Of a DNA stretch of 64,000 nt, positions 7,707-20,052 are shown piece after piece. The DNA lies in NCBI GenBank assembly GCA_009914755.4, contig CP068257.2, positions 64,001 through 128,000 of the forward strand, given 5' to 3'. Positions within the stretch are counted from its first letter, which is position 1. Each line of letters opens with the position of its first letter. Below the pieces are notes generated by a model, which worked only from the letters and a program-made list of their open reading frames with translations, had not been told where the DNA came from and made no database searches. The DNA comes from the human T2T-CHM13v2.0 reference genome, Homo sapiens. A program made the translations under genes and the position numbers.

Positions 7707-7830
7707 GTTTTCTCCTTCCTTACGTCCTTCTTTCCTTCCTTCCTTCCTTCCTTCCTTCCTTCCTTCCTGACTTCCTTCCTTCCTTCCTGACTTCCTTCCT
7801 GACTTCCTTCTTTCCTTCCCTCCTTCCTCC
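7707..7830. repeat. (TTCC)n microsatellite, 32 bp longer than in unit 1
   Basis: Direct reading. It carries extra ttcc and ctgacttccttcc blocks. Confidence 0.95.
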
Positions 7831-8571
7831 TATTTCTCTCTTACTCCTTCTGCCCTCTCTCTTTCCTATGCCTTAGGTGCATCCCACATTCTGCGTTTTT
7901 TTGGGGAAATCCTCGACAGGTGCAGGAAAATTGTGTTATTGTTACAATTTACCGTTATCTCTCTTTCACGGCTCTCCATCAGTTGTGAACATCTATTGGT
8001 TTATCCCAAGTCACTAAGCATATTTTCATTAGGTAAACCTGTTTTTCCTTCTACAGCTGTTTCTGGAGTATAGGGTCGCATACTCATAAACCCAGTGTAA
8101 CTCAGAAACGCATCTAATATTCCAGTAAACCCATCATAACGTTGAAAAATCGTAAATCAAACCATCATAAGTCACGGTTTGTCCGTGGATATGGGCGTCA
8201 TCAATTCCATTGTATTCAGTAATGCTGTACACCATTAACAATGGCAGACTGATTGGGAGTGGATATTGATAGCATTATAAAAGTCAGTTATTAGAGGGAT
8301 ACTTCTTTAACCTGACTGAAGAACTGATCTAATGGCTTTAGTACAGTGCATGATTATGTGCGATGTTTTGAGACAGAGTAGTACATTTGTGAATGAAATT
8401 TTATGGCTTTTTTTTCACTTAGTAGGAACCATTGTGTGTGGAAAAGTGAGAAAATGGCTTTCTGCTGTAGGGTCTGGCATTCATTGTAGATGTAAGCTTA
8501 TTTTTCTGTGAGCAAATCTTATTCAATAAAATACTACTCTTTATACTAAAAAACAAAAACAGTGGCGATGT

Positions 8572-8903
8572 GTGGTCATTATCCTCAGCAAACTTATCCA
8601 GGGAAAGAAAACCAAACGCCACAACTCACTTATAATGGGAGCTGAAAAATGAGATCCCATGGACACAGGAAGGGGAACAACACACACTGGGGCCTTCCGG
8701 GAGACAGAGCGTTAAGAAAAACAGCTACTGCATGCTGGGCCTAATACCTAGGTGATGGGTTGACAGGTGCAGCAAACCACCATGGCACACGTTTACCTTA
8801 GTAACAAATCTGCACATCCTGCACATATACCCCAGAACTTAGGAACGAAATGAAACAAAAGACAACGAAAAAGCAACAGCAAAACGCTAAAGGCAAAATA
8901 AAG
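8572..8903 (+). mobile_element. Same truncated L1 3' end (unit 2)
   Basis: Copy of 2238-2569 at +6334. Confidence 0.85.
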
Positions 8904-10062
8904 TTTCAAACTGAGAAAGTGACAGACCAACGTCTGGTTCAAATCATGGTTCTCAACCCAGGTGCCATAAGGTCAGGATAAAGGATGTGATTACATATTG
9001 TCAATAAGACATGCAGCAAATGACCAGAATGATTATTCTCAACATATGTGTGTCTTCTAATTCAATGGTGACGCTATCTACCGGGACATAGCATTAGATT
9101 CCAAAGGGCCGAGTCCCGCCAGACAGGCCTCCCACACTAATAACAATGGGAAGCCCTACGTTGCTTTACCTGTGCTTCTCAGCCACTGGCTATAAATCAG
9201 GTTGCCACCACTCCCAGATTTAGTTGCATTCATTTGCTGGAAGAGCTCACAGCACGCAGGGAAACACTTACATTTGCCGTTGTATTTTAGCGGACATTGC
9301 ACAAAGTTCAGAAATAAATGTGGGGCCCGGCATGTGGGGAGGGGCGCACTACCTTCCAGGAAGTGTTATCCAGAAGCTCTCTGAACCCAGTCCTTTTGGG
9401 TTTTGATGGAGACCTCATTCTATAGGCATGATGGGTTAAACCATAAGCTATTGGTGATCAACTCCACATGGGGCTCTCCACCCTCCCTGGAAATTGGGGT
9501 TGAGGCTTTGCCATTCTCAGTCTGACTAAAAGAATTTACCCAAACGGAATTTTAAAACAGATGAGCATAACTGGAATCTTAATTAGATGATTGGATTATC
9601 TGGAGCCACACCTTGATATTCCTAACCCGAGCACCCTCATCCAACGAATGCTCCACCCAACTGGCTCCCAAGTCTCTACGTGGTTCCAGAGCAAAAGGAT
9701 GTTGATACAACGCATATCTCCACCTTTTCTTCCAAGTCTTTTCGCTTACACGGAAAGACTTCTTCAACTGCCATGCATCAGGGTCAGGGGGAGGTCTTGT
9801 TACAACACAGATCTGCGGATCTCCGGCGTTTGACAGTGGCAAGGATGCTGCTGGTGTCAAAACCACAACGTGGGAACCACAGAACCACTAGTGGGTTTTC
9901 AGTGTTTCAGTGCATACAATTCCTAATATTTCTGGCCAAGAAAACTTGTAAGTTCTTAGATTGTCCCAAAGGTGGCGCATGAAATCAAAGCAGGAGAACA
10001 GTTTCCTACGAGGTGTAGCCTGGGAAAGTTGGGGGTGACTGATGGAAAGGAGGAGTGAAGCT

Positions 10063-10131
10063 CCGCCCTTTCCGCTGCTAGGCTGCGCCCGAGGCTATTT
10101 AAACCCACCCTGGCTGGCCTGTACTCAGATC
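10063..10131 (+). promoter_or_regulatory. Predicted core promoter of copy 2
   Basis: TATTTAAA 10096-10103; Inr A at 10127 (31-bp spacing). Confidence 0.55.
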
Positions 10132-10250
10132 TTCGCGGAGCGGATCAGCGGCAGGAGCGTTTGGCGGACTCTGCGTGGACTTGGAGCTCACAGCGTCTTG
10201 CGACTTGGAAGCGGGTTCAGAGGACAGGACAGAACACTTGGGCAAGTGAA

Positions 10251-10252
10251 TC

Positions 10253-10291
<39 letters not shown>

Positions 10292-10407
10292 CATTGGTTG
10301 GTTGATTTCCATTTTCTTAAGGAGCACATACCTCACACCGCACACACACAAACACACACACGCACACACACACGCACACGCACACGCACACACACGCACA
10401 CGCACAC
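10251..10407. repeat. Leader compound microsatellite, copy 2
   Basis: Direct reading. Confidence 0.95.
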
Positions 10408-10468
10408 TCCTTCCTTCTGCGAGTTAGAACATTAGTAGGGGCCCCTGGGAGCTGCAGGTTTCCTAATC

Positions 10469-13450
10469 ATGTCTGCACCTAAGAACAGTAGGGTCTTGTC
10501 TGGCTCTTCTTATGAACGGTCCCCCAGCCCGGACTCCCCAAGGTCCATGCGAACCTCACCCAGCTTCCCCCTCTCCCCTCTCAGAAACTCAGGCTTAAGG
10601 GGAAGCTCCTCACCAGGGATCCGGAGCTACCATTCACCATCCCCTAGGGCTTCACCACACTCACCTCTGTCATCACCAGAATCCCACAAGCTCCCATTTC
10701 CCTGTCCTCACCGTGATGGGCAATCAACGAAGCCATTGGGCTCTCCCGTGTCCTCCTCTGAGGATTCCTCAGAGTCCCCACGTTCATCAATAATATACCA
10801 CATGTTCTTACTGCCATCACCCAGCAGCTCACCCCCAGCTCTCGGGGGGTCTCCTGTGTCTCCCAGCTACTCTCCAAACAACCCCAGATTTCAGCTGCGG
10901 TCAGCCCCCCACACCCAGGAATCACCTACAAACTCACGAGCCTCACTTTGCTCCACCCCCGTGTCTTTCATCTCTTCACCCCCAGGCCTCAGGGACTCTC
11001 CTGTGGCTCCCAGTTACTCTCCAGCCATCCCCAGGTTCCTGCGGGAGTCAGCCCCATGCGCCCAGGAGTCCCCCAGAGACTCACAGGTCTCGGGAGATTA
11101 TGAGCGGTCCCCCAGCCCTGACTCCCCAAGATTCATGCCTGCCTCACCCAGCTTCTCCCTCTCCCCTCCCAGAAACTCAGACCCAAGGGGCAGCTCCTCA
11201 CCAGGGGTGTGGAAGTGCTCTACATCATCCCGCAGGGCTTCACCACTCTCACATCCGTCATCAACAGAATTCCACAACTTTACGTTTCCCTTTCCTAACC
11301 AAGCAGAACAGTCACTCATGTCATTGTGTTCTCCCGTGACCTCCTCTGGAGATTCTTCACAGTCACCTCATTCATCAATAATATACCATATGTTCTTACT
11401 GCCATCATCCAGCAGCTCACCCCCAGCCACCCATGACTCTCCTGTCTGTCCCAGATACTCTCCAACTACGCCCAGATTTCAGCGGGAGTCTGTACCCCAC
11501 ACCCCAGAAACACCTACAAACTCACAGACCTCAGTGAGATCCTCGCCAGTCTCTCTGACGTCTTCACCCACAGCCCTTACGGACCCTCCAGTCTGTCCCA
11601 GCTACTCTCCAACCACGCCCACATTTCAGCGCGGGTCAGTTCCAGGAACCCAGGGATCACCACCAAGCCCACCGCTTTCACTGAGTTACTCCCCAGTCTC
11701 TAGCACGTCTTTATCTCCAACCCTCAGGGACTCGCCTGTCTGTCCCAGCTACTCTCCAAACACGCCCACACTTCAGCGGGAGTCCGTTGCAGGCACCCAG
11801 AAGTCACCACCAAACTCACCAATTTCACTGCGTTACTCCCCAGTCTCTCTCATGTCTTCACCATCCCTCAGGGACTCTCCCGTCTGTCCCAGCTACTCTC
11901 CAACCACGCCCACATTTCAGCTGGAGTCAGTTCCAGGCACCCCGGAATCACCACCAAACTCACCAATTTCACTCAGTTACTCCTCAGTCTCTAGCACGTC
12001 TTTATCTCCAACCCTCAGGGACTCTCCTGTGTGTCCCAGCTACTCTCCAACCACGCCCACACTTCAGCGGGAGTCAGTTCCAGGCACCCAGGAATCACCA
12101 CCAAACTCACCAATTTCACTCAATTACTCTCCAGTCTCTCTCGTGTCTTCACCAGCCCTCAGGGACTCTCCTGTCTGTCCCAGTTACTCTCCAACCACGC
12201 CCACATTTCAGCTGGAGTCAGTTCCAGGCACCCCGGAGTCACCACCAAACTCACCAGTTTCACTCAGTTACTCCCCGGTCTCTCTCATGTCTTCACCCCC
12301 AGCCCTCAGGGACTCTCCTGTGTGTCCCAGCTACTCTCCAACCATGCCCAGATTTCAGCGGGAGTCTGTTCCAGGCACCCATGTATCACCACCAAACTCA
12401 GCAGTTTCACTGAGTTACTCCCCAGTCTCTCTCATGTCTTCACCCCCACACCCCTGGGACTCTCCTGTCTGTCCCAGCTACTCTCCCACCACGCCCAGAT
12501 TTCAGCGGGAGTCAGCCTCCCACACTCCGGAATCAGATACAGACTCACAGACTTCACTGAGCTCCTCCCTGGTCTCTCTCAGGTCTTTGCCCTCATCCCA
12601 CAGGGACTCTTGTGTCTCTTTCAGCTACTCTCAAAACTTCTCTAGATTCCAGCTGGAGTCAGTTCCAGGCACCCACGATACACCACCGAACTCACGAATT
12701 TCACTGACTTACTCCCCTGTCTCCCTCATGTTCTCACCCCCAGCCCTCAGGGACTCTTCTGTCTCTCTCAGCTACTCTCCAACCATCTCCAGATTTCACC
12801 TGGAGTCAGCTTCCCACACCCTGGAATCACCTGCAAACTCACGGACCTTACTGCAACCATCCCCCATTTCTTTCACCTCTTCACCCCCTGCCTTCAGGGA
12901 CTCTCCTGGGTCTCCCAGCTTCTCTCCAGCCTTCCCCAGATTTCTGCCACAGCCAGCCCCAGGCACCCAGGACAACCCTAGACACTCACAGGCCTCACCA
13001 GACTATCTCCCTATGACCTGTACCTATACAGGGATGGCTCCCACGCATCCCTCAGTGACCCCAAACCCATCTCCACTTACACTCAGGCACTCCCAGGGCC
13101 TGACAGCTACTCCCCGTTATTGTCCTTCAGTTCGAAGCCCTGGCCAATCTACTAGCCCACATGACGCAGTTACCTGGCCATTTCTCCACGGTTCCCGGGA
13201 GGGCCCCACACCCAGCCGCACAAGAGCCCCTCCTGCATTCCGTCCTCACACGCAGGCCTGTCCATCTACTTGCTACTGTCACACTCTTGCCAGCAGAAGA
13301 GGCCCCTGTAATGGCCGATATCACCACCCAGTCTATCCTCACCCCACAGCTGTGCAGCGGGAAGCCCCTGCTGGCCCACGTGGCTGCCACAGCCCATGCT
13401 GGCACGACGCTCCAGCAGGTCGGCGTCCCTGCGGGCCAAACTACCGGTGA
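10469..13450 (+). CDS. Ser/Pro-rich tandem-repeat protein, 993 aa (type A, copy 2)
   Basis: Intact ORF. The translated sequence is identical to copies 3 and 4 in the ORF track. Confidence 0.6.
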   Translation: MSAPKNSRVLSGSSYERSPSPDSPRSMRTSPSFPLSPLRNSGLRGSSSPGIRSYHSPSPRASPHSPLSSPESHKLPFPCPHRDGQSTKPLGSPVSSSEDSSESPRSSIIYHMFLLPSPSSSPPALGGSPVSPSYSPNNPRFQLRSAPHTQESPTNSRASLCSTPVSFISSPPGLRDSPVAPSYSPAIPRFLRESAPCAQESPRDSQVSGDYERSPSPDSPRFMPASPSFSLSPPRNSDPRGSSSPGVWKCSTSSRRASPLSHPSSTEFHNFTFPFPNQAEQSLMSLCSPVTSSGDSSQSPHSSIIYHMFLLPSSSSSPPATHDSPVCPRYSPTTPRFQRESVPHTPETPTNSQTSVRSSPVSLTSSPTALTDPPVCPSYSPTTPTFQRGSVPGTQGSPPSPPLSLSYSPVSSTSLSPTLRDSPVCPSYSPNTPTLQRESVAGTQKSPPNSPISLRYSPVSLMSSPSLRDSPVCPSYSPTTPTFQLESVPGTPESPPNSPISLSYSSVSSTSLSPTLRDSPVCPSYSPTTPTLQRESVPGTQESPPNSPISLNYSPVSLVSSPALRDSPVCPSYSPTTPTFQLESVPGTPESPPNSPVSLSYSPVSLMSSPPALRDSPVCPSYSPTMPRFQRESVPGTHVSPPNSAVSLSYSPVSLMSSPPHPWDSPVCPSYSPTTPRFQRESASHTPESDTDSQTSLSSSLVSLRSLPSSHRDSCVSFSYSQNFSRFQLESVPGTHDTPPNSRISLTYSPVSLMFSPPALRDSSVSLSYSPTISRFHLESASHTLESPANSRTLLQPSPISFTSSPPAFRDSPGSPSFSPAFPRFLPQPAPGTQDNPRHSQASPDYLPMTCTYTGMAPTHPSVTPNPSPLTLRHSQGLTATPRYCPSVRSPGQSTSPHDAVTWPFLHGSREGPTPSRTRAPPAFRPHTQACPSTCYCHTLASRRGPCNGRYHHPVYPHPTAVQREAPAGPRGCHSPCWHDAPAGRRPCGPNYR
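11435..13006 (+). repeat. 144-bp coding minisatellite (copy 2)
   Basis: Same offsets from the ATG as copy 1. Confidence 0.9.
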
Positions 13451-13676
13451 CATGTCTAGCGTGACCCTCCTTCCTGGCAGTGACACTGTTGATGTGAACC
13501 CCAATTTCACATCTGTCATTTGTAAATAGGACCATTTTCCCTTTTCGCTCTCCCTTCCATTCACAGGGCTTTTCATTCTCTCTGTTACTGCCTCCGTTTC
13601 AGATATTTACTCACCTTTTTCTCTCTCACTATGTCTGCCGTGGGCTCCATGAGAGTGCGCCACATAAGATTCCCCC

Positions 13677-13723
13677 ATTAAAAGTCATGAATTGAGTGGC
13701 TTTTAGTATACCTGTGGTTGTGT
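13677..13723 (+). terminator. Predicted poly(A) signal of copy 2
   Basis: ATTAAA 13677-13682, same offset from the stop. Confidence 0.5.
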
Positions 13724-14007
13724 ACATTCAAATTTAATTCGCAATTCATTGTAGAACGTCTTATCACTCCCGGCCAGAGAAAAACCCTGTAGACATTAGT
13801 CACTCCTCATTCTGTCTCAAACCCTCTCCCTGACCCTCAGCCCTAGGTAGCAACTACCTAGTGCGATCAATCCCATATGCATAGATTACCATATTGTGGA
13901 CATTTCCTATAAGCGGAATTGCACAATAGGTGAGCTGTTATGACTGACATAACACGTAGCACAATATTTTCAAGATTCGTCCACATTGTAGGCTTACCCA
14001 CAGGGGG
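13700..14007 (-). mobile_element. Antisense L1-like segment (after copy 2)
   Basis: Repeat of 7364-7671 at the same offset from the stop codon. Confidence 0.5.
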
Positions 14008-14042
14008 AAACCATTTTTTTGGGGGCTTTTAGTAACACCGGT

Positions 14043-14150
14043 GTTTTTTCCTTCCTTACGTCCTTCTTTCCTTCCTTCCTTCCTTCCTTCCTTCCTTCCT
14101 TCCTTCCTGACTTCCTTCCTGACTTCCTTCTTTCCTTCCCTCCTTCCTCC
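14043..14150. repeat. (TTCC)n microsatellite
   Basis: Direct reading. Confidence 0.95.
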
Positions 14151-14891
14151 TATTTCTCTCTTACTCCTTCTGCCCTCTCTCTTTCCTATGCCTTAGGTGC
14201 ATCCCACATTCTGCGTTTTTTTGGGGAAATCCTCGACAGGTGCAGGAAAATTGTGTTATTGTAACAATTTACCGTTATCTCTCTTTCACGGCTCTCCATC
14301 AGTTGTGAACATCTATTGGTTTATCCCAAGTCACTAAGCATATTTTCATTAGGTAAACCTGTTTTTCCTTCTACAGCTGTTTCTGGAGTATAGGGTCGCA
14401 TACTCATAAACCCAGTGTAACTCAGAAACGCATCTAATATTCCAGTAAACCCATCATAACGTTGAAAAATCGTAAATCAAACCATCATAAGTCACGGTTT
14501 GTCCGTGGATATGGGCGTCATCAATTCCATTGTATTCAGTAATGCTGTACACCATTAACAATGGCAGACTGATTGGGAGTGGATATTGATAGCATTATAA
14601 AAGTCAGTTATTAGAGGGATACTTCTTTAACCTGACTGAAGAACTGATCTAATGGCTTTAGTACAGTGCATGATTATGTGCGATGTTTTGAGACAGAGTA
14701 GTACATTTGTGAATGAAATTTTATGGCTTTTTTTTCACTTAGTAGGAACCATTGTGTGTGGAAAAGTGAGAAAATGGCTTTCTGCTGTAGGGTCTGGCAT
14801 TCATTGTAGATGTAAGCTTATTTTTCTGTGAGCAAATCTTATTCAATAAAATACTACTCTTTATACTAAAAAACAAAAACAGTGGTGATGT

Positions 14892-15224
14892 GTGGTCATT
14901 ACCCTCAGCAAACTTATCCAGGGAAAAGAAAACCAAACGCCACAACTCACTTATAATGGGAGCTGAAAAATGAGATCCCATGGACACAGGAAGGGGAACA
15001 ACACACACTGGGGCCTTCCGGGAGACAGAGCGTTAAGAAAAACAGCTACTGCATGCTGGGCCTAATACCTAGGTGATGGGTTGACAGGTGCAGCAAACCA
15101 CCATGGCACACGTTAACCTTAGTAACAAATCTGCACATCCTGCACATGTACCCCAGAACTTAGGAACGAAACGAAACAAAAGACAACGAAAAAGCAACAG
15201 CAAAACGCTAAAGGCAAAATAAAG
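14892..15224 (+). mobile_element. Same truncated L1 3' end (unit 3)
   Basis: Copy with a 1-bp insertion (gggaaaagaaaacc). Confidence 0.85.
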
Positions 15225-16383
15225 TTTCAAACTGAGAAAGTGACAGACCAACGTCTGGTTCAAATCATGGTTCTCAACCCAGGTGCCATAAGGTCAGGAT
15301 AAAGGATGTGATTACATATTGTCAATAAGACATGCAGCAAATGACCAGAATGATTATTCTCAACATATGTGTGTCTTCTAATTCAATGGTGACGCTGTCT
15401 ACCGGGACATAGCATTAGATTCCAAAGGGCCGAGTCCCGCCAGACAGGCCTCCCACACTAATAACAATGGGAAGCCCTACGTTGCTTTACCTGTGCTTCT
15501 CAGCCACTGGCTATAAATCAGGTTGCCACCACTCCCAGATTTAGTTGCATTCATTAGCTGGAAGAGCTCACAGCACGCAGGGAAACACTTACATTTGCCG
15601 TTGTATTTTAGCGGACATTGCACAAAGTTCAGAAATAAATGTGGGGCCCGGCATGTGGGGAGGGGGGCACTACCTTCCAGGAAGTGTTATCCAGAAGCTC
15701 TCTGAACCCAGTCCTTTTGGGTTTTGATGGAGACCTCATTCTATAGGCATGATGGGTTAAACCATAGGCTATTGGTGATCAACTCCACCTGGGGCTCTCC
15801 ACCCTCCCTGGAAATTGGGGTTGAGGCTTTGCCATTCTCAGTCTGACTAAAAGAATTTACCCAAACGGAATTTTAAAACAGATGAGCATAACTGGAATCT
15901 TAATTAGATGATTGGATTATCTGGAGCCACACCTTGATATTCCTAACCCGAGCACCCTCATCCAACGAATGCTCCACCCAACTGGCTCCCAAGTCTCTAC
16001 GTGGTTCCAGAGCAAAAGGATGTTGATACAACGCATATCTCCACCTTTTCTTCCAAGTCTTTTCGCTTACACGGAAAGACTTCTTCAACTGCCATGCATC
16101 AGGGTCAGGGGGAGGTCTTGTTACAACACAGATCTGCGGATCTCCGGCGTTTGACAGTGGCAAGGATGCTGCTGGTGTCAAAACCACAACGTGGGAACCA
16201 CAGAACCACTAGTGGGTTTTCAGTGTTTCAGTGCATACAATTCCTAATATTTCTGGCCAAGAAAACTTGTAAGTTCTTAGATTGTCCCAAAGGTGGCGCA
16301 TGAAATCAAAGCAGGAGAACAGTTTCCTACGAGGTGTAGCCTGGGAAAGTTGGGGGTGACTGATGGAAAGGAGGAGTGAAGCT

Positions 16384-16452
16384 CCGCCCTTTCCGCTGCT
16401 AGGCTGCGCCCGAGGCTATTTAAACCCACCCTGGCTGGCCTGTACTCAGATC
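16384..16452 (+). promoter_or_regulatory. Predicted core promoter of copy 3
   Basis: TATTTAAA 16417-16424; Inr A at 16448. Confidence 0.55.
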
Positions 16453-16571
16453 TTCGCGGAGCGGATCAGCGGCAGGAGCGTTTGGCGGACTCTGCGTGGA
16501 CTTGGAGCTCACAGCGTCTTGCGACTTGGAAGCGGGTTCAGAGGACAGGACAGAACACTTGGGCAAGTGAA

Positions 16572-16573
16572 TC

Positions 16574-16612
<39 letters not shown>

Positions 16613-16736
16613 CATTGGTTGGTTGATTTCCATTTTCTTAAGGAGCACATACCTCACACCGCACACACACAAACACACACACGCACACACACACGCACAC
16701 GCACACGCACACACACGCACACACGCACACGCACAC
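16572..16736. repeat. Leader compound microsatellite, copy 3
   Basis: Direct reading. Confidence 0.95.
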
Positions 16737-16797
16737 TCCTTCCTTCTGCGAGTTAGAACATTAGTAGGGGCCCCTGGGAGCTGCAGGTTTCCTAATC

Positions 16798-19779
16798 ATG
16801 TCTGCACCTAAGAACAGTAGGGTCTTGTCTGGCTCTTCTTATGAACGGTCCCCCAGCCCGGACTCCCCAAGGTCCATGCGAACCTCACCCAGCTTCCCCC
16901 TCTCCCCTCTCAGAAACTCAGGCTTAAGGGGAAGCTCCTCACCAGGGATCCGGAGCTACCATTCACCATCCCCTAGGGCTTCACCACACTCACCTCTGTC
17001 ATCACCAGAATCCCACAAGCTCCCATTTCCCTGTCCTCACCGTGATGGGCAATCAACGAAGCCATTGGGCTCTCCCGTGTCCTCCTCTGAGGATTCCTCA
17101 GAGTCCCCACGTTCATCAATAATATACCACATGTTCTTACTGCCATCACCCAGCAGCTCACCCCCAGCTCTCGGGGGGTCTCCTGTGTCTCCCAGCTACT
17201 CTCCAAACAACCCCAGATTTCAGCTGCGGTCAGCCCCCCACACCCAGGAATCACCTACAAACTCACGAGCCTCACTTTGCTCCACCCCCGTGTCTTTCAT
17301 CTCTTCACCCCCAGGCCTCAGGGACTCTCCTGTGGCTCCCAGTTACTCTCCAGCCATCCCCAGGTTCCTGCGGGAGTCAGCCCCATGCGCCCAGGAGTCC
17401 CCCAGAGACTCACAGGTCTCGGGAGATTATGAGCGGTCCCCCAGCCCTGACTCCCCAAGATTCATGCCTGCCTCACCCAGCTTCTCCCTCTCCCCTCCCA
17501 GAAACTCAGACCCAAGGGGCAGCTCCTCACCAGGGGTGTGGAAGTGCTCTACATCATCCCGCAGGGCTTCACCACTCTCACATCCGTCATCAACAGAATT
17601 CCACAACTTTACGTTTCCCTTTCCTAACCAAGCAGAACAGTCACTCATGTCATTGTGTTCTCCCGTGACCTCCTCTGGAGATTCTTCACAGTCACCTCAT
17701 TCATCAATAATATACCATATGTTCTTACTGCCATCATCCAGCAGCTCACCCCCAGCCACCCATGACTCTCCTGTCTGTCCCAGATACTCTCCAACTACGC
17801 CCAGATTTCAGCGGGAGTCTGTACCCCACACCCCAGAAACACCTACAAACTCACAGACCTCAGTGAGATCCTCGCCAGTCTCTCTGACGTCTTCACCCAC
17901 AGCCCTTACGGACCCTCCAGTCTGTCCCAGCTACTCTCCAACCACGCCCACATTTCAGCGCGGGTCAGTTCCAGGAACCCAGGGATCACCACCAAGCCCA
18001 CCGCTTTCACTGAGTTACTCCCCAGTCTCTAGCACGTCTTTATCTCCAACCCTCAGGGACTCGCCTGTCTGTCCCAGCTACTCTCCAAACACGCCCACAC
18101 TTCAGCGGGAGTCCGTTGCAGGCACCCAGAAGTCACCACCAAACTCACCAATTTCACTGCGTTACTCCCCAGTCTCTCTCATGTCTTCACCATCCCTCAG
18201 GGACTCTCCCGTCTGTCCCAGCTACTCTCCAACCACGCCCACATTTCAGCTGGAGTCAGTTCCAGGCACCCCGGAATCACCACCAAACTCACCAATTTCA
18301 CTCAGTTACTCCTCAGTCTCTAGCACGTCTTTATCTCCAACCCTCAGGGACTCTCCTGTGTGTCCCAGCTACTCTCCAACCACGCCCACACTTCAGCGGG
18401 AGTCAGTTCCAGGCACCCAGGAATCACCACCAAACTCACCAATTTCACTCAATTACTCTCCAGTCTCTCTCGTGTCTTCACCAGCCCTCAGGGACTCTCC
18501 TGTCTGTCCCAGTTACTCTCCAACCACGCCCACATTTCAGCTGGAGTCAGTTCCAGGCACCCCGGAGTCACCACCAAACTCACCAGTTTCACTCAGTTAC
18601 TCCCCGGTCTCTCTCATGTCTTCACCCCCAGCCCTCAGGGACTCTCCTGTGTGTCCCAGCTACTCTCCAACCATGCCCAGATTTCAGCGGGAGTCTGTTC
18701 CAGGCACCCATGTATCACCACCAAACTCAGCAGTTTCACTGAGTTACTCCCCAGTCTCTCTCATGTCTTCACCCCCACACCCCTGGGACTCTCCTGTCTG
18801 TCCCAGCTACTCTCCCACCACGCCCAGATTTCAGCGGGAGTCAGCCTCCCACACTCCGGAATCAGATACAGACTCACAGACTTCACTGAGCTCCTCCCTG
18901 GTCTCTCTCAGGTCTTTGCCCTCATCCCACAGGGACTCTTGTGTCTCTTTCAGCTACTCTCAAAACTTCTCTAGATTCCAGCTGGAGTCAGTTCCAGGCA
19001 CCCACGATACACCACCGAACTCACGAATTTCACTGACTTACTCCCCTGTCTCCCTCATGTTCTCACCCCCAGCCCTCAGGGACTCTTCTGTCTCTCTCAG
19101 CTACTCTCCAACCATCTCCAGATTTCACCTGGAGTCAGCTTCCCACACCCTGGAATCACCTGCAAACTCACGGACCTTACTGCAACCATCCCCCATTTCT
19201 TTCACCTCTTCACCCCCTGCCTTCAGGGACTCTCCTGGGTCTCCCAGCTTCTCTCCAGCCTTCCCCAGATTTCTGCCACAGCCAGCCCCAGGCACCCAGG
19301 ACAACCCTAGACACTCACAGGCCTCACCAGACTATCTCCCTATGACCTGTACCTATACAGGGATGGCTCCCACGCATCCCTCAGTGACCCCAAACCCATC
19401 TCCACTTACACTCAGGCACTCCCAGGGCCTGACAGCTACTCCCCGTTATTGTCCTTCAGTTCGAAGCCCTGGCCAATCTACTAGCCCACATGACGCAGTT
19501 ACCTGGCCATTTCTCCACGGTTCCCGGGAGGGCCCCACACCCAGCCGCACAAGAGCCCCTCCTGCATTCCGTCCTCACACGCAGGCCTGTCCATCTACTT
19601 GCTACTGTCACACTCTTGCCAGCAGAAGAGGCCCCTGTAATGGCCGATATCACCACCCAGTCTATCCTCACCCCACAGCTGTGCAGCGGGAAGCCCCTGC
19701 TGGCCCACGTGGCTGCCACAGCCCATGCTGGCACGACGCTCCAGCAGGTCGGCGTCCCTGCGGGCCAAACTACCGGTGA
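16798..19779 (+). CDS. Ser/Pro-rich tandem-repeat protein, 993 aa (type A, copy 3)
   Basis: Intact ORF, identical protein to copies 2 and 4. Confidence 0.6.
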   Translation: MSAPKNSRVLSGSSYERSPSPDSPRSMRTSPSFPLSPLRNSGLRGSSSPGIRSYHSPSPRASPHSPLSSPESHKLPFPCPHRDGQSTKPLGSPVSSSEDSSESPRSSIIYHMFLLPSPSSSPPALGGSPVSPSYSPNNPRFQLRSAPHTQESPTNSRASLCSTPVSFISSPPGLRDSPVAPSYSPAIPRFLRESAPCAQESPRDSQVSGDYERSPSPDSPRFMPASPSFSLSPPRNSDPRGSSSPGVWKCSTSSRRASPLSHPSSTEFHNFTFPFPNQAEQSLMSLCSPVTSSGDSSQSPHSSIIYHMFLLPSSSSSPPATHDSPVCPRYSPTTPRFQRESVPHTPETPTNSQTSVRSSPVSLTSSPTALTDPPVCPSYSPTTPTFQRGSVPGTQGSPPSPPLSLSYSPVSSTSLSPTLRDSPVCPSYSPNTPTLQRESVAGTQKSPPNSPISLRYSPVSLMSSPSLRDSPVCPSYSPTTPTFQLESVPGTPESPPNSPISLSYSSVSSTSLSPTLRDSPVCPSYSPTTPTLQRESVPGTQESPPNSPISLNYSPVSLVSSPALRDSPVCPSYSPTTPTFQLESVPGTPESPPNSPVSLSYSPVSLMSSPPALRDSPVCPSYSPTMPRFQRESVPGTHVSPPNSAVSLSYSPVSLMSSPPHPWDSPVCPSYSPTTPRFQRESASHTPESDTDSQTSLSSSLVSLRSLPSSHRDSCVSFSYSQNFSRFQLESVPGTHDTPPNSRISLTYSPVSLMFSPPALRDSSVSLSYSPTISRFHLESASHTLESPANSRTLLQPSPISFTSSPPAFRDSPGSPSFSPAFPRFLPQPAPGTQDNPRHSQASPDYLPMTCTYTGMAPTHPSVTPNPSPLTLRHSQGLTATPRYCPSVRSPGQSTSPHDAVTWPFLHGSREGPTPSRTRAPPAFRPHTQACPSTCYCHTLASRRGPCNGRYHHPVYPHPTAVQREAPAGPRGCHSPCWHDAPAGRRPCGPNYR
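17764..19335 (+). repeat. 144-bp coding minisatellite (copy 3)
   Basis: Same offsets from the ATG. Confidence 0.9.
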
Positions 19780-20005
19780 CATGTCTAGCGTGACCCTCCT
19801 TCCTGGCAGTGACACTGTTGATGTGAACCCCAATTTCACATCTGTCATTTGTAAATAGGACCATTTTCCCTTTTCGCTCTCCCTTCCATTCACAGGGCTT
19901 TTCATTCTCTCTGTTACTGCCTCCGTTTCAGATATTTACTCACCTTTTTCTCTCTCACTATGTCTGCCGTGGGCTCCATGAGAGTGCGCCACATAAGATT
20001 CCCCC

Positions 20006-20052
20006 ATTAAAAGTCATGAATTGAGTGGCTTTTAGTATACCTGTGGTTGTGT
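20006..20052 (+). terminator. Predicted poly(A) signal of copy 3
   Basis: ATTAAA 20006-20011. Confidence 0.5.

Noticed and set aside
14019-14264. ORFs reading FLPSFLPSFLPS through the (TTCC)n tracts (all units)
   Set aside because: This is translation of a microsatellite. Length and frame change between units as the TTCC count changes.
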